Shown one piece after another: positions 62,801 through 64,000 of a stretch of 64,000 nucleotides of DNA. The DNA is from Haplodiscus bocki (taxonomy: Eukaryota): assembly GCA_965655095.1 (NCBI GenBank), contig OZ296648.1, forward strand, positions 61,256,001 to 61,320,000, written 5' to 3'. A model generated the notes under the pieces. The model ran no database searches. It worked only from the letters and a program-made list of their open reading frames with translations, and had not been told where the DNA came from. The stretch's first letter is position 1. Every line of letters starts with the position of its first letter. Position numbers and translations under genes: made by a program.

Positions 62801-64000
62801 AGGAGAAATTAGCGAATCATTTTTCTACTATATTTCGATTGCTGGCACATTTTTCGCTGAGTTTTTATGCGAGAGAATCCTGAAAATCGGATCCGTTTGG
62901 TGTTTCCAAATAGTTTGTCAGTTTGGAGTGTTTTATTTTGACAACTAGGCCTCTATTTTCCCTAATCTTTATATAGCTTTAATCAAACAATCCCAATCAT
63001 GTGATTGTAGCTTTTCGTTGGTGTCAATGTACAGCGCTAGAATTCTTCAAACTAACGCTGGGTTTCTATTTGCGATAAGTTTTGAGAAAGGAGTTCTTTT
63101 GATTTTTTTTTGTCAATTTGAGAACATATCTTCTTGAAACATGCCCAGGAACAATTCACACTTTGCGAAGGAGTGATGGAAGACTAGTTGGTTGTCTTTT
63201 AACGTATGCCTGCGGTAACCAATTACAGACTTTTTCGACAGGTTCTTTGGCGAAGAGAAATACAAAAAGAAATACTTTCAGCTACATTGATTTTTTTGTC
63301 AGTTTCAGTACCATGTTTTGAAAGATAGGCCGAAAAATGGCACAAATTTTCTAATGGCGCAACAAGGGGATTTCGGTGTTCTACTTGTTGGTTTGTGGTT
63401 GAGGTCAGAATCATTCTTGGTATGTTTCTGGTCGGCAGAAAGTGATGACTGAGCTGTTTATGTTATTTTAATTTATTTTTCAAGTTTTTTTTGTCAAGAT
63501 GCAGATATCTCTGAAAACCAGCAAAATTGTCAACTATTGGATCAAGAAGGCTCCGTTTATTTACCAATTCTTTTCGTGTCCATTTTTTTTTCAAATTTTA
63601 CGAAACAAATTCCAGATCAGGATAATTTGGCCCTTTGAAAGTTTTGTGAGAAATTATTTTTTTATCCTGGGAGCGAAGAACGAAGAAGAGGCCGGTTTGG
63701 CATTGCCTTATCAAAAATATTTCATTTGCTTTTTCAAAAACGTTTTAGTTGCACAGAGAGTTTTTTGATTGCTTTACTCAGGAAAAATATTTTTACCCTA
63801 TCTCGAATGCTTTTTGAAAGCTTAAATCTATTCCATATCCTTGAAGTTTTTAAGGCCCATTTTGGATGTGACCGCGCATTTTTTTTGTTTCTTTTTCAGA
63901 AACGCTTACAGTGAACCTAACACTGAGCCTTGAGAGCGCAAATCTTTTTGTTGCTGATTCGTGACCAACCGAAAGTGCCAGAAATGTTTTCAAAAGGTAC

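Noticed and set aside
59850-64000. Short ORFs after the gap
   Set aside because: T/A-run-rich, low-information translations with no motifs or consistent splice structure; treated as intergenic or decayed repeat.

Overview
Eukaryotic (metazoan-like), AT-rich, repeat-dense window with spliceosomal exons and one 200-N scaffold gap; no prokaryotic features. The only host gene I can support is the 3' end of a + strand gene: three phase-compatible exons (33057-33241, 44129-44415, 56264-56447) ending in an endophilin-A-type SH3 domain, separated by ~11-12 kb introns. The rest is mostly mobile-element debris. (1) 1-13990 is a tandem array of at least 15.5 copies of a ~904-bp unit. Read on the - strand, the unit is a slice of a Polinton/Maverick-like gene cluster: a frameshifted 'IDFEGF' exonuclease-like gene plus a 117-aa ORF still open in 6 copies. 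The un-amplified upstream parent sequence survives at the right end of the array. (2) 15600-20860 is a decayed Polinton (capsid C-terminus, protein-primed PolB, repeat-protein gene). (3) 20860-30300 is a decayed Ty3/Gypsy element (PR-RT-RNaseH-truncated IN) that also carries a TARG1/OARD1-type macrodomain, an accessory region and an env-like fusion gene. (4) A ~1.8-2 kb near-identical direct repeat sits at 10,541-bp offset. (5) A second, different decayed Polinton at 36300-41340 contains ATPase, PHD+integrase, minor capsid, core-like ORF and major capsid 5' end. (6) There is also a degenerate ~176-bp satellite, a foldback MITE and tRNA-derived SINE heads. All family assignments come from manual translation and recalled motifs; no database search was run.
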